Source of the DNA: Chrysemys picta bellii
Lineage: Eukaryota
Assembly: GCF_011386835.1 (NCBI RefSeq)
Contig: NC_088791.1
Coordinates: forward strand, 100,192,001-100,256,000
Direction: 5' to 3'
Length of the DNA: 64,000 bases
Within the stretch, counting starts at the first letter, position 1. Each line of letters starts with the position of its first letter. Made by a program: the position numbers and the translations under genes. Below the pieces are notes generated by a model, which was not told the origin of the DNA, ran no database searches, and saw nothing but the letters and a program-made list of their open reading frames with translations. This document shows positions 1 to 47,800 of the stretch, one piece after another.

Positions 1-1069
1 AATGAATTTAATGATGGATGCAGCGGCTGCATCGCTGAGAGATTAGAACATAACTTCTTGTTTGTTCTTTGTCCTTAGAACATTTCTGTTCTTGACTGAA
101 TATACACACAGATATGGTACTGTCCTCAGTTAACTGCATGCACTTATCTTCAGAAGAACTCTCACCCTTATTTCCAGAAAGACTTGCTACCACTTGAGTA
201 AAAGAGGAAACTCTGTTAGTTGTTTGCTATTGTAGCAGTAGTGCAAATAGCCTTTTTCCAGGCCAGCCATTAGTTGGCAAAACAATGATGAATCAATGAA
301 CAAGTGAGGAGATCTAATTCTGTACAATGCAGGACAGCAGGGTGCAAGCACAAGCATGCATGTGCACACACTAGAGAAACGGAGCACATTGTAACGCCGA
401 AAGGATTGGGTTTTTTCCCCAGGTCTATGAGGCAGGACTAAACATTGGGGGAGGGGTAGTGAATACCATTCTGCTCCCTATGTAAAGGATTTCCTTTTCC
501 CTTCTCTGTGTCTTTAGGACTGTCATCATCTCATTAGTCATAAGGCCATAGTGATATTTTTCCTTTGGAGTTCTGTAAGAATTATCTACACTCACAGGAC
601 CTTCTTATCGTGCACATAAAATTCACCTGGACTGAGATTTCCTTGCTAGAGGAAAAGACTAGGATATGCAGAATTTTGCACCCCCCCGCACACACACACT
701 ATGCTAAAATAACATTATTAAGCTTGCACAGTCATTTACTTAAAAGTTAGGAAATGCAGAATGAAGATGGCCTGTGCAATCTTAATTTGGCACCATTGTG
801 CGTATGCATTATGGTACAGTCTTTAATTACATGATGCCATATTATTTTTTCCTGCTCATTCAGTGCACGGACTGGACAGTGCTCATTTATTGAGCAACTA
901 TTCAATATTTTATTTTTTCCTTGTTGTTCAGTGTGTGGCCCCAGGCCTTATTTACCAGACATTATTCAAACTCTGTTATGAAGACAGAATTATTAATTTC
1001 CTCATGGGTTCTTCTATGGCACATGTCACTATAGTATCTGAATGTTTCACCAAGAGTACTGTCTTTTTC

Positions 1070-1140
1070 ATAACACCCTTGTGAGATGAGGGAGCATCAT
1101 TATCCCCAACCTGCAGATAGGGAACTAAGACACAGACAAT
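1070..1140 (+). mobile_element. MIR-like CORE-SINE fragment
   Basis: acacccttgtgagatgagg...attatccccaacctgcagatagggaactaagacacag resembles the MIR core. Confidence 0.55.
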
Positions 1141-1330
1141 AAAGTCAAAAGTATCCACTAATTTTGGGTATCCAATCTGACACACATAGGCCCTGATTTT
1201 TCAGAGTACTTAGCATTATATAGTTCTTAATATGTTCAAAACACAGCTCCCATTTAGGAAACTGCTGATTTATTTTTATTGAAAAAATGTGACTTGGTTT
1301 CCCTTCTCACCTTGTATTGTTACTTGCTGG

Positions 1331-2150
1331 TGTGAAGGGTTTAATTTCTTTCTTAAAATTGGGACAGCAATGCAGTAACAGAAGTCACATAAGCATGAAT
1401 GAACTATCAGGAACTGTCAACCTGTGAAATGAGTTGTAGAAGTATGACTTTATCAGCTTTATAAATGTCATATGTATCTTTATGGGCTAGTGATACTGTT
1501 CTAGCCCAATTAGGGAGTTACAAGGTCTTGCAGGAAGTAAAATCACCAGGGCAGGAGGGTAGGTAACAAGTCTGAAGAAGTCTCATTCCTGGAGAAAATG
1601 GCATATTCTAGTTTGTCCTGGTTCCAGAGACTGCCTGACAAAGAACTGAAAATGATATAAAATGACCAACTTGTCATGGGAAGGGACCTCTCTCATCCAA
1701 TCCAAGAACTGGCATGAGACTGTGACCAATGGAACCAGGTCCTGCGAGTGGACCTGAAGCTTTAAAACATGCCAGGTCTCCATGTGGAAAAAGGGTAACA
1801 CCTAGTAAGCTTGACACAAGCTGTTTATTGTTTTTATGGTATGTTTTCTCTGCAATGCTTTCTTCTGAATAAATAATACTTTCCTTTATGAAGGCTGGCT
1901 GGTCCTTGCTCCTGAGAGAACAGGACTGAAGGTGCTGAACTAAAGTCACACCTGATCAGATATTCACAGGGAATTGCAGGAGAAATTGCAGCCTAAATCC
2001 CTGGTCTAGAGGGAGAGAGTTGTAGGCCTCTGCCCTAAGAGAGATAATGCTTAGAGGCTTGAGATCTAAGTGGGGTGCCCTCAAGGAGCCCATGAAGGGG
2101 TCAAGGGTGCTATTACCTTGGGAACTGTGACATCACTAACTATCGTTACA
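1331..2150 (+). mobile_element. Probable solo LTR
   Basis: TGTGA...GTTACA termini, near-TSD gctgg/gctgt, TATAAAA 1656-1662, AATAAA 1868-1873; boundaries uncertain. Confidence 0.4.
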
Positions 2151-3018
2151 GCTGTGAGTGCTTGGCACTTCTGTATCTCAGACTGTGAAATCTTTTTATT
2201 TACTCATTATTACCACTGTTGTTGTTTTTATATTATTTTCTCTGGAGTCTGGACTTCGACTATACTTTGACCAAGAAATTTGGACTTTGACAAAAAATAA
2301 TTGATTAATCCTGGTTTAACTACTATGCCAACCTTCTCCCTTGATGGCCTCCTACATGATGATACTTGCTCCTTTGTTTGTAAAACAGTTGTCCCTCTTA
2401 CTGTGCTCTTTCTCCCTGAAATTTTAGCCTTTCCACATGCTATTTCTCGTACTGGAGTATGAGATAGACTATGTAATACTAAAAGGAACTTGGCACACTT
2501 GAGACTGTTTAGTTGATCACAGCCAAGGTCTCATCTTCCTTTCTGTGTGTTAAGTTGCGATTGTTGTGTATAAAGAAGGAGGGTTAGGCTTGAGCTTGAG
2601 TTCAAACCCTGGGTTTACATTTCAATATAGACGTACCTACTGAAATTCCCTCTTGACCCAGGGTCAGCTGCACCCCCTTAATTGGCCCGACTGGGGGCAC
2701 CTGTTCTGGCACAGAGGTGCTGGACCTACTTTAATCACTGGGACCAGCCACCCTGTGACAAGTACCATACAGTAGTTGTTTATGGTGCTATATAATAAGA
2801 GTAACATGCTCCCCATGCCAAAGGTACCTAAATTTTGTGGGCATGGGTTAGTATATACAGGGCAATAGAGTACAACGGCATTTTAGAATCAATATAAAGC
2901 AGCCATTTTTATTTAACTATCTGATTTACTTGTCATACGATGTCATCCTTATTTGTTACATTTTAATTTTTAATGTAACATACTTCTTTTTTAAAAAATT
3001 ATTTTTCTTGTTTCTTAG

Positions 3019-38620
<35,602 letters not shown>

Positions 38621-39150
38621 AGAAACAGCTCAGCCTGACTGCCAAACAACCCCCTTGCTGACAGCCTCAATTTTAAGTACTCTGTTAAGCACTTAATACA
38701 ATGCCCAGGATATACTTTCTGAAGTAGTATCACTAACAAAAAGCAAATAGTATTTATCCATGGAAAATTGTAAGGACCAAATTCTAGCCCCACTAAAGTC
38801 ACAAGGAATTTGGCAACTTACTTTAGTGGAACTAGAATTTGGTCTTTACTTATCTAAATGTCCACATACCTAAACCTTCCGAGTTGTTCTTAACTCAGGC
38901 AATGGGAGATTGCTTATGTAAGACTCAAGGATTGGGCCCATGATGTGCCTAAGTTTTTTATTAATATGAGATGTATTTTACATGATCATTTTAAACCTTT
39001 TAACATAAATTTAGTCATTAAAATTCTCTTAAAACTGTACTTTAAAATGCACATTATACAGTTTTGTTATAAAACAGTTCAAGTTTTTCAACAAAAGTAT
39101 ACAGCTCTGACTTTTCAGCAGTATAGGAAACTTTAGTGCCATAAAATGTA

Positions 39151-39156
39151 AATAAA
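39151..39156 (+). terminator. Candidate proximal poly(A) signal of ALDH1L2
   Basis: AATAAA about 530 nt after the stop; further AATAAA at 40366-40371 and 40869-40874. Confidence 0.35.
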
Positions 39157-41263
39157 AGCAAGAAAGTGCACTTATGATCTTTGTTAAACTATGAATATTA
39201 AGCTGAAGTTACTGAAAATATTTTCTATCTTTTTGCAAATGTGCAATTTGTATGGGATTGTGAATGGTGGTTACATTAATAGATTTAAACCAGCTGTGTC
39301 TGTGTATATGTCTGCTATCACTATTGTATGTGGCATAATTATTTCACATTACATGCACTCACTTTACCTCAAGGAGAATTTAACGCAAGATTATGGCATT
39401 AGGCAGTTACTATGCTATAAAGTCAGATATTAACTGTATTTTTTACTTGTCAAGTACTAAATAGAAAGGATATCGGATATAATGACCAAGTGTTTTTTCA
39501 AGATAATGAACATAACTTTGCACATTCTGTACTTCAAGAAACATTTTAAGAGAAACTACTGTACCACAAAGCTACCGCATGCTACAGCCAATATTTTAAT
39601 TAGTTTGTGAGATCAGCTGAACAGTGTTCCAAATGTATGTACCTTCTGAAAACAGGTATTACAGCCCAGTGAAGTTTTTTCAGTGAACAGTAAGTTTCCT
39701 GAAAACTACAGTTTTGGTGAGACCAAAGCCATGTGTAAATTTAGCAAATAGCTGCTGCTGGGTTTGGTTTTTTTCCCTTTTTTTCTTCTAAAAGAAAATA
39801 TTTAAAGTCTAAACAAAGTGTTTCAAAGTGTCAATTAGAATTGATTCAAACAACATTTTTTTGTTTTGGCAAGAAAAAACAAATTGTCAGTTTGAAATGA
39901 ACCAATTTTGTTGTTTTTTTCCAGTTCAGCTACCAAACGAAAAAAAAAAATATTTTTTTTGCTCATCTCTAGCTGGTATCACAAGAACAAAATTATCTGT
40001 TTATGTTAGCTCTCTGTAATTATTTTCCTACTTAAATAGCCCAATGTTAGACAAGTTAATGTGGAATATGTTTTTGTAGTAAAAGTGGTCTAGCCACAAG
40101 ACAATTTTTTACCTTCAATTTATCAGGCACATCAACATGGTTCACAAAGTTAAATATTCAGTTCTGGATACAGTTTACACAGCCATTAAGCAAGGTTTAT
40201 GAAGTGTGACATTATAAACAAGCTGTATCCACATTGTGCAATGTACCATTAAATCACCGCATAATTCCTTCACTTTGCATGTTGACAAAGTGTATTTGAA
40301 ATGCAATTGAGTAAAATTAGTCTATACTGCAAACCTTAGTATAAAAACAGTATCCAGGCTATCCAAATAAAGGTACCTTAAAGTGTTTAATTTACCACAG
40401 AAACAGTACCTTCGACAGACAACCATACTAGTTCCCCAACTGCTTTGGATTTTGTCAGTTGACAGATATTTAGGAGCCAGAGACACAAGGAATAATGTGT
40501 ATAGATATGGGTCATTAAATAGTTGTGCTGAGTAAAACTGGCATGTCTAAATCTCCTTCCAGTGGGAAGCAATGTTAAAGTGATGTGTGAGACTAGCAGT
40601 CCAGGGTTGCATCTTAGGCAAGTTTCCCTCCAGATTTAAAACTGTTTGAACAGTTTAATTCTAATGTACCATAATTAATAAGTAGAAACTAACCACCTCA
40701 GCACTGTGTCTTATACAGCCCATATCCCAAGTGCTGCTGCTTTTCAGAAAGATTGATTACTAGCAACATGCATCAAAGGACCGGCTTTGGACTAATAATT
40801 TAGCTAAAATAACCCATAAATTGAATCACAATAGTAATTGATGCCAGTAAGATTTTATTTTTCCTATTAATAAAGAAAGATAAGAGGACATGCTCTTCAA
40901 CGAAGACTGGAAATGGTATTGATCATTATCTTGGTCAAATGTTCCAAACAGTATTGATTTTAAATCCTGTGCTTAACTGCAGCTTGCTAGTCAATCTTCT
41001 GTAGCGAAGTAAATACAGTAAAATAACATTATTATATAAAATACTGTTTCTTTGAGAAACAAGTTACATTCAGATACATCATTTGAAAAGCAGAACACAA
41101 CTAAACTACATACAGTAAAATAGCCCAAATTGCTCCCTATAAAATTAAGGAGGCAAGAATAAATTAGGCATATTTCCTGACTTAACTCTTGAAGCACTGA
41201 GTGTGGTCATTTTTAGTATTTGCTAGTGAAGACAAGTATATAATACTTTAGTATCTTAGCATA

Positions 41264-41269
41264 TTTATT
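41264..41269 (-). terminator. Candidate poly(A) signal of NOPCHAP1
   Basis: AATAAA on the - strand about 445 nt after the stop; another at 40854-40859. Confidence 0.35.
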
Positions 41270-41712
41270 CCCATCTCAAAACACAAGCTGTGTCTTCCTC
41301 CAATCTACTTATTTCCCTCTCCTGAAGTACGTACCCCCACACCCTAGTAACCTGTTCTTCACCTCGCAACAGGCCAAGAACTTCACACTTCTTGCCAAGC
41401 TTTACAGTGCAGCCTCTCAAATTACTAAGTTTCATGCTGTTTCTTCCCCACCCTGACCTCCTGATGCAACTCATTTCTATATAGCTTGGGGGATAGGTCT
41501 GGACTTAGTTCTAAGAGCTCCAGCTTTCCTCCCAGCCATAAGAAACTCTCCACCCTACTAAACACAGTACTTCCAGTGACATAAGTGACTGGGAGTTCAC
41601 CAGTTTCCGGGTGACACACACTTGGAAATTAGCTAGTTTTCTAAGGGTCAAGCCTTCAAAGTAGTCAGGACACATGATACATTCAGAAATGGAAATCTGA
41701 AAATAGTTCTGT

Positions 41713-41898
41713 CTACTCATTCACTTTGCTGTCCAAAATTTCTATTTTGCCTTTTTCTCCTTTTTGTTTTGGAAGTTTTATCGTGTCTATGGTAACTTCA
41801 TCGGTTGCACAACTGTCCTCTTCAGATTCTGAGCTGTCTTCTGAAATTATTTCTTCTTCATCCGTGTCAGAACCACTTAATTCAACCACGGCTACATT
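41713..41898 (-). CDS. NOPCHAP1: NOPCHAP1 exon 4 (acidic Ser/Glu/Asp-rich C-terminus)
   Basis: ttcttgcag acceptor on the - strand, TAG at 41713-41715. Confidence 0.9.
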   Translation of the reverse strand, partial: NVAVVELSGSDTDEEEIISEDSSESEEDSCATDEVTIDTIKLPKQKGEKGKIEILDSKVNE

Positions 41899-44800
41899 CT
41901 GCAAGAAACAACAGTTCTTAAAAAATGAACAACCCATATATCTACATATTGCTTTTATGATTTTTGTTTAAAAAAAAATCCAGGACCTTAATACACATGA
42001 ACATCCTTACCATAAAGTCATCAATTATGTGCTATGCAAAAAAAATCAGTAGACCTCAGTAGACTGGAAATATTTGCAAGTTTTTTAGGGATCACTATAA
42101 ACATGAAAGTTTAAATATGAAAAATGAGTTTATACATTCTAAGCACCTGTAGTGCTCAGTAATAAAGTAATAGTTTTTAAATAATTTACATGAAGCAAAA
42201 AGAGAATGGTACACTGATGAATTCACTTTGTCTAAAGTGAAGGCTTCTGGTTTAAACTGAGAAATGAAGGGAGCAAAAGGCTGGATTTTTCAGACAAGAA
42301 TCCAAGTCTGAAAATATAATTTTCAGGGGGCTCTCTCATATTTTGCTAATGTAATTCATGTCATAACAGTTTAACGTTGTCATCCACAGTCACAGCTGTG
42401 CCACTGATAAGTATTCAAGACAATCAGAATATTTTCTAAACAAAAAACTAGGGCTGTCGATTAATCGCAGTTAACTCACACGATTAACGCAAATGAATCG
42501 CAGTTAATTACAGTTTTAATTGCGCAGTTAAACAATAGCATACCAATTGAAATTTATTAAATAGTTTGGATGTTTTTCTATATTTTCATATATATAGTAT
42601 TGTTTTTTAATTGAAATCAAAGAATATTTTTATTACAAATATTTGCACTGTAAAAACGATAAACAAAGAAATAGTATTTTTCAATTCACCTCATACGAGT
42701 ACTTTAGTGCAATCTGTCATGAAAGTGCAACTTTCAAATGTAGATTTTTTTTGTTACATAACTGCACTCAAAACCAAAACAAAGTAAAACTTCAGAGCCT
42801 ACAAGTCCACTCAGTCTTACTTCTTGTTCAGCCAATCACTAAGACAAACAAGTTTGTTTACATTTACAGGCTCATAATGCTCTTCTTATTTACAATGTCA
42901 CCAGAAACTGAGAACAGGCTTTTGCATGGCACTTATGCAGCTGGCATTGCAAGGTATTTATGCACCAGATATGCTAAACATTTGTATGCCCCATCATGCT
43001 TCAGCCACCATTCCAGAGTACATGCTTCCATGCTGATGACGCTCAAAAAAAAAAAAAGCATTAATTAAATTTGTGACTGAACTCCTTGGGGGAGAATTGT
43101 ATATCCCCTGCTCTGTTTTACCTGTATTCTGCCATATATTTTATGTTCTAGCAGTCTCGGATGATGACCCAGCACATGTTCGTTTTAAGAACATTTCCAC
43201 TGCAGATTTCACAACACACAAAGAAGGTACCAATGTGAGATTTCTAAAGACAGCTACAGCACTCGACCCAAGGTTTAAGACGCTGAAGTGCCTTCCACGA
43301 GGTGTGGAGCATACTTTCAGAAGTCTTAACAGAGCAACACTCCGATGCGGAAACTACAGAACCTGAACGACTAAAAAAGAAAATCAACCACTGGCTGGTG
43401 GCATCTGACTCAGATAATGAAAATGAACATGCATCGGTCCACACTGCTTTGGATGGTTATCGAGCAGAACCAGTCATCAGCATGGACGCATGTCCCCTGG
43501 AATGGTGGTTGAAGCGTGAAGGGACATACAAATCTTTAGTGCCTCAGGCACACAAATATCTTGCGACACTGGCTACAACAGTGCCATGAAAACACCTGTT
43601 CTCACTTTAAGGTGACATTGTAAACAAGAAGTGGGCAGCATTATCTCCTGCAAATGTAAACAAACTTGCTTGTCTCAGCAATTGGCTGAACAAGAAGTGG
43701 GAGTGAGTGGACTTGCAGGCTCTAAAATTTTATAGTGTTTTATTTTTGAATGTAAGTTTGTTTTGTTTTTTAACATAATTCTACATTTGAAAGTTTGACT
43801 TTCATGATAGAGATTGCACTACAGTACTTGTATAAGGTGTATGTTTTTTTACTTGTAATCAAAAACAAATATAAAGTGAGCACTGTGCACTTTGTATTCT
43901 GTGTTGTAACTGAAATCAATACATTTGAAAAAGTAGAAAACATCCAAAAATATGTAAATAAATGGTATTCTGTTATTGTTTAATCGCGTGATTGTTTTAA
44001 TCACTTGACAGCCCTAAAAAAAGGGATCATATTTCAAGATGTGAAGCTGTATAAAATTTTTGACAAGTACGAAAAATTGGCATCTAACCAAAGCTGTTAT
44101 CCTAGGTCCAACCCCCCCCCCCCCCCATAAAAAACAAAACAAACATACAACCTTCATGGTGAGATCAGTCATAAGAAAGCTGAACTTTTATTAAATGTAT
44201 TGAATTACTGCAAGAAGCTCTGTAACCATAAGACCTTTTGACATGTGCTTTCCGTTTATTGCTATTAAAATGTTATACAGAAAGATATGGATGACCCTGA
44301 AGACTGGAGTAACAGAAATGGGATGAAATTCAGTAGTACTAAGTGCAAGGTCATGCACTTAGGGTCTAATAGTAATTTCTGCTACAAACTGGAGGATTAT
44401 CAACTGGAAACAACAGAGAAAAGAGACCCGAGAGTATGGGTTGATCACAGGATGACTATAAGCCACCAATGTGATGCACTGTGAAAAAGGCAACTGTGAT
44501 CCTAGAATATATAAGGCGAGGCTTTTCCAGTAGATAGTGAAGTATTAATGCCATTGTACAAGGCACTGGTAAGACCTCATTTGGAGTTATGTGTACAATT
44601 CTGGTCAGTCATGTTCAAGAAAGATGAATTTAAACTGGAAGAGAAACAGATCTACTAGAATCATCAGGGGAATGGAGGGCCTATCTAATGAGGACAAGTT
44701 TGGTTTGTTTAATCTAGCAAAAAGCGGGCTGAGAGGGGATATGGTTGCGCTCTACACATACACTAGTGCAGGGATTCTCAACCTTTCTTTGTGAAGCGCC

Positions 44801-47800
44801 TCTCCCCACCCCGCAACATGCTATAAAAACTCCACTGCCCACCTGTGCCACAATAACTAGTTTTCTGCATAGAAAAGCCAGGGCCAGCATAAGGGGGTAG
44901 CAAGCAGGGCAATTGCCTGGGACCTCATGCCACAGGGGCCCCGTGAAGCTACATTGCTCAGGCTTCAGCTTCAGTCCCGGGTGGCGGGGCTTCGGCTTTC
45001 TGCTCTGGGTCCCAGCAAGTCTAATGCTGGCCCAGCTTGGCGGCCCCCCTGAAACCTGCTTGCAGCCCCCAGACCCATGGTTGAGAACCGCTGCATTAGG
45101 GGGCTAAATACCAGGGAGGGTGAAGAGCTATTTGAACTAAAGGATGATGTAGGCACAAGAACAAATGGATATAAACTTGCCATTAACAAATTTAGGCTTT
45201 AAATTAGAAGGTTTGTAACTATCAGAGGAGTGAGGTTCTGGAAGAGCCTCGCAATTAGAGCTGTGGGGGGCAAACAAATTGATTCGTTTTGAGTGAGAGC
45301 TGGGCAAATTTATGAGTGTGGTTGTATGACGGGATTGCTCGTGCTGGTAGGGGGCAGGACACAGCAGGTCTGGGGCTCGCTTCTGGTTTAGGTCTTAAAT
45401 TCCTGAAGCTCATGTTTGTGGTTCAGTCTGCCATCCGCAAACGTCAGGAAAGGATTCCCCCCCGCCCTTCCCGCAATGTATTCTGGGAGGTTTTTTTTTA
45501 ATCTCCTTCCTCTGAAGCATCAGGGATGGCCATGGCTGGAGATGGGACACTGAGAGGGGTGAACCAGGACTTGGAGGTAGCACCAAGTATTCTCTCTCAG
45601 GTGCTTGGCTGGCTGGTTCTTGCTTGCATGTTCAGGGTCTAGCTGATGGTCATATGTGAGGTCGGGTCAGGAAGGAATTTCCCCCAGATGAGATTGGCAG
45701 TGACCTGGGGGCAGGAGGGTTTCCTTCCTCTACTTTTTGTGGGTGCTGGTCGCTTGCCAGGATTGTCTGGGTATATCTCAATCATTTCCCTGACATCGTG
45801 GGGGCCTCGAGAACTGGTGCACCTTGGTCCCTCCTATTGTGTGTATGGAGGACACATAATAGGCTAATAATCTCCTTTGTTTGAAGTATTGCAACCCATT
45901 ACGATGGTTGGGTGTAGTGTGTGGGTGCTGGGTGAAGTTGATGGTCTGTGATATACAAGAGATCAGACTAGATGATCTAGTGCTCCCTTCTGGCCTTAAA
46001 CTCTATGATTAAGCTTTTCATAGAGAAATTTGAAAACAGACAAATACTTAAAACAAAAAAAAAACCCAAAGCTCCCTTACTTGTTCTACTAATTTCACAT
46101 TCGATTCTTAAAACAATTTCCAGAATCTAATTCACTCTTCCACTATTTACATTTCACAATTGTCTCAGCCCTAGATAATGAAAACAGACTTAGCTATTTT
46201 CATGTTTTGGATATAATCAGTTTCTCGTTGGGGTTCTCAGACATTAGCATAATGCTGCAGTATTTCAGTTAAAACACTGGAGAGGGATGTTGAAGTAAAT
46301 ACAAGAGTTTCCAATAAAATTTGAGAGATCATAATTAAGATTTTTAAGTTTTGTTATACTTGACATACACGAGACCTAGATTTTGGGCCTTAAACTACCG
46401 TATATACTCGTTCAGAAGCCGAATATTTTTGGTAAAAAAGTGACGCATCAAAGAGCGTGGGTCAGCTTATAAACAGATCTACACCAAAATTGATGATTTT
46501 AAACTCTATGGAATCATTGAATTGAATACAGGGATTGGCAACTGTTGGCACGCAGCCCGCCAGGGTAAGCACCCTGGCGGGCCGGGCCGGTTTCTTTACC
46601 TGCCGTGTCCGCAGATTCGGCCGATCGCAGCTCCCACTGGCCACGGTTCGCCGCTCTAGGCCAATGGGGATGTCGGGAAGCGGCGGCCAGCACATCCCTC
46701 GGCCCGTGCTGCCTCCCGCCACCCCCATTGGCCTGGAGCCAGTGGGAGCCGCGATTGGCCGAACCTGCGGACATGGCCGGTAAACAAACCGGCCCGGCCC
46801 ACCAGGGTACTTACCCTGGCGGGCCGCGTGCCAAAGGTTGCCGATCCTTGATCTAATACATTGTGGTTTTGTTTACTTGGAGCGTCTGCAGGCATGGAGC
46901 CCCTCAGCTCCCCGTGGCCGCGGTTCGCCGTTCCCAGCCAATGGGAGCTGCGTGAAGTGGCACGCCACTTCCTGCAGTTCCCATTGGCTGGGAACGGCGA
47001 ACCGCAGCCACGGGGAGCTGAGGGGCTCCATGTCTGCAGACGCTCCAAGTAAACAAAACGTCCCGACCCGCCAGCGGCTCACCCTGACGGGCAGGGAGCC
47101 AAAGTTTTCCAACCCCTGAAATACAGGGTCGTTTTATGAAAGGGTCATACAGTTTTTGCTATTTTTACCTATCCATTTTGGGGGATTGGCTTATAAACGA
47201 ACGGGCTAATGAAGAGTATATATGGTACTTAAAAGTGTCCCTTAAACATAACAGAACACTTGTTATTGTTACTTACTATACAATCTTAAATTACGATTAA
47301 TCAGAAGTCAGATTATTTTGAAAACAAAAACTTAATCTCTTTAAATTACTATCTGCAATTACAAAAGTTACTCGTTGCCAGGATTAGAGCTTTAGAGGCA
47401 GTTCGTATTCTGGGCTTAAACTGCTCGAGATAAAGTAGTTTATCGTCAAGTTTCAGTGATGGACAAGATTACTATGTCATGAAGAGCAAGTAGCATACTT
47501 TGCTTTAAATTTAGGCTAGTTTCAGATCAAAATTATAAAGGAATATAAAGGAGGAAACTCTGAGCTTTATTTTTCAAACAAACCCATCCTAAAACTGAGT
47601 GAAGAGTTTTACACCACAGCACTAAATTTACTTTACAAAAGCAAAACACAAGAAATATATTTACCATTTCTATAATATTTTCAAGGCAGCTGTCTAGATT
47701 TTCAATATCAAACTGATGAGCTGGAGCGGTTGCCATTTCTCTTCTTAGCTCATTGTTTGCAAGGGCCATCTGCGGTAGAAAGCTCTGAACTCTGTCCAAA

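Noticed and set aside
17-33. Perfect 8-bp inverted repeat GATGCAGC-G-GCTGCATC
   Set aside because: Too short and isolated to interpret; expected occasionally by chance.
1-3018. ALDH1L2 exons 1-2
   Set aside because: No sequence encoding the LALIGQSLFG...PDKDGKADPL region was found; they must lie upstream of the window.
41289-41618. Possible small LTR (TGTGTC...GACACA) in the NOPCHAP1 3' UTR
   Set aside because: No matching TSD and no clear internal signals; a 6-bp inverted match can be chance.
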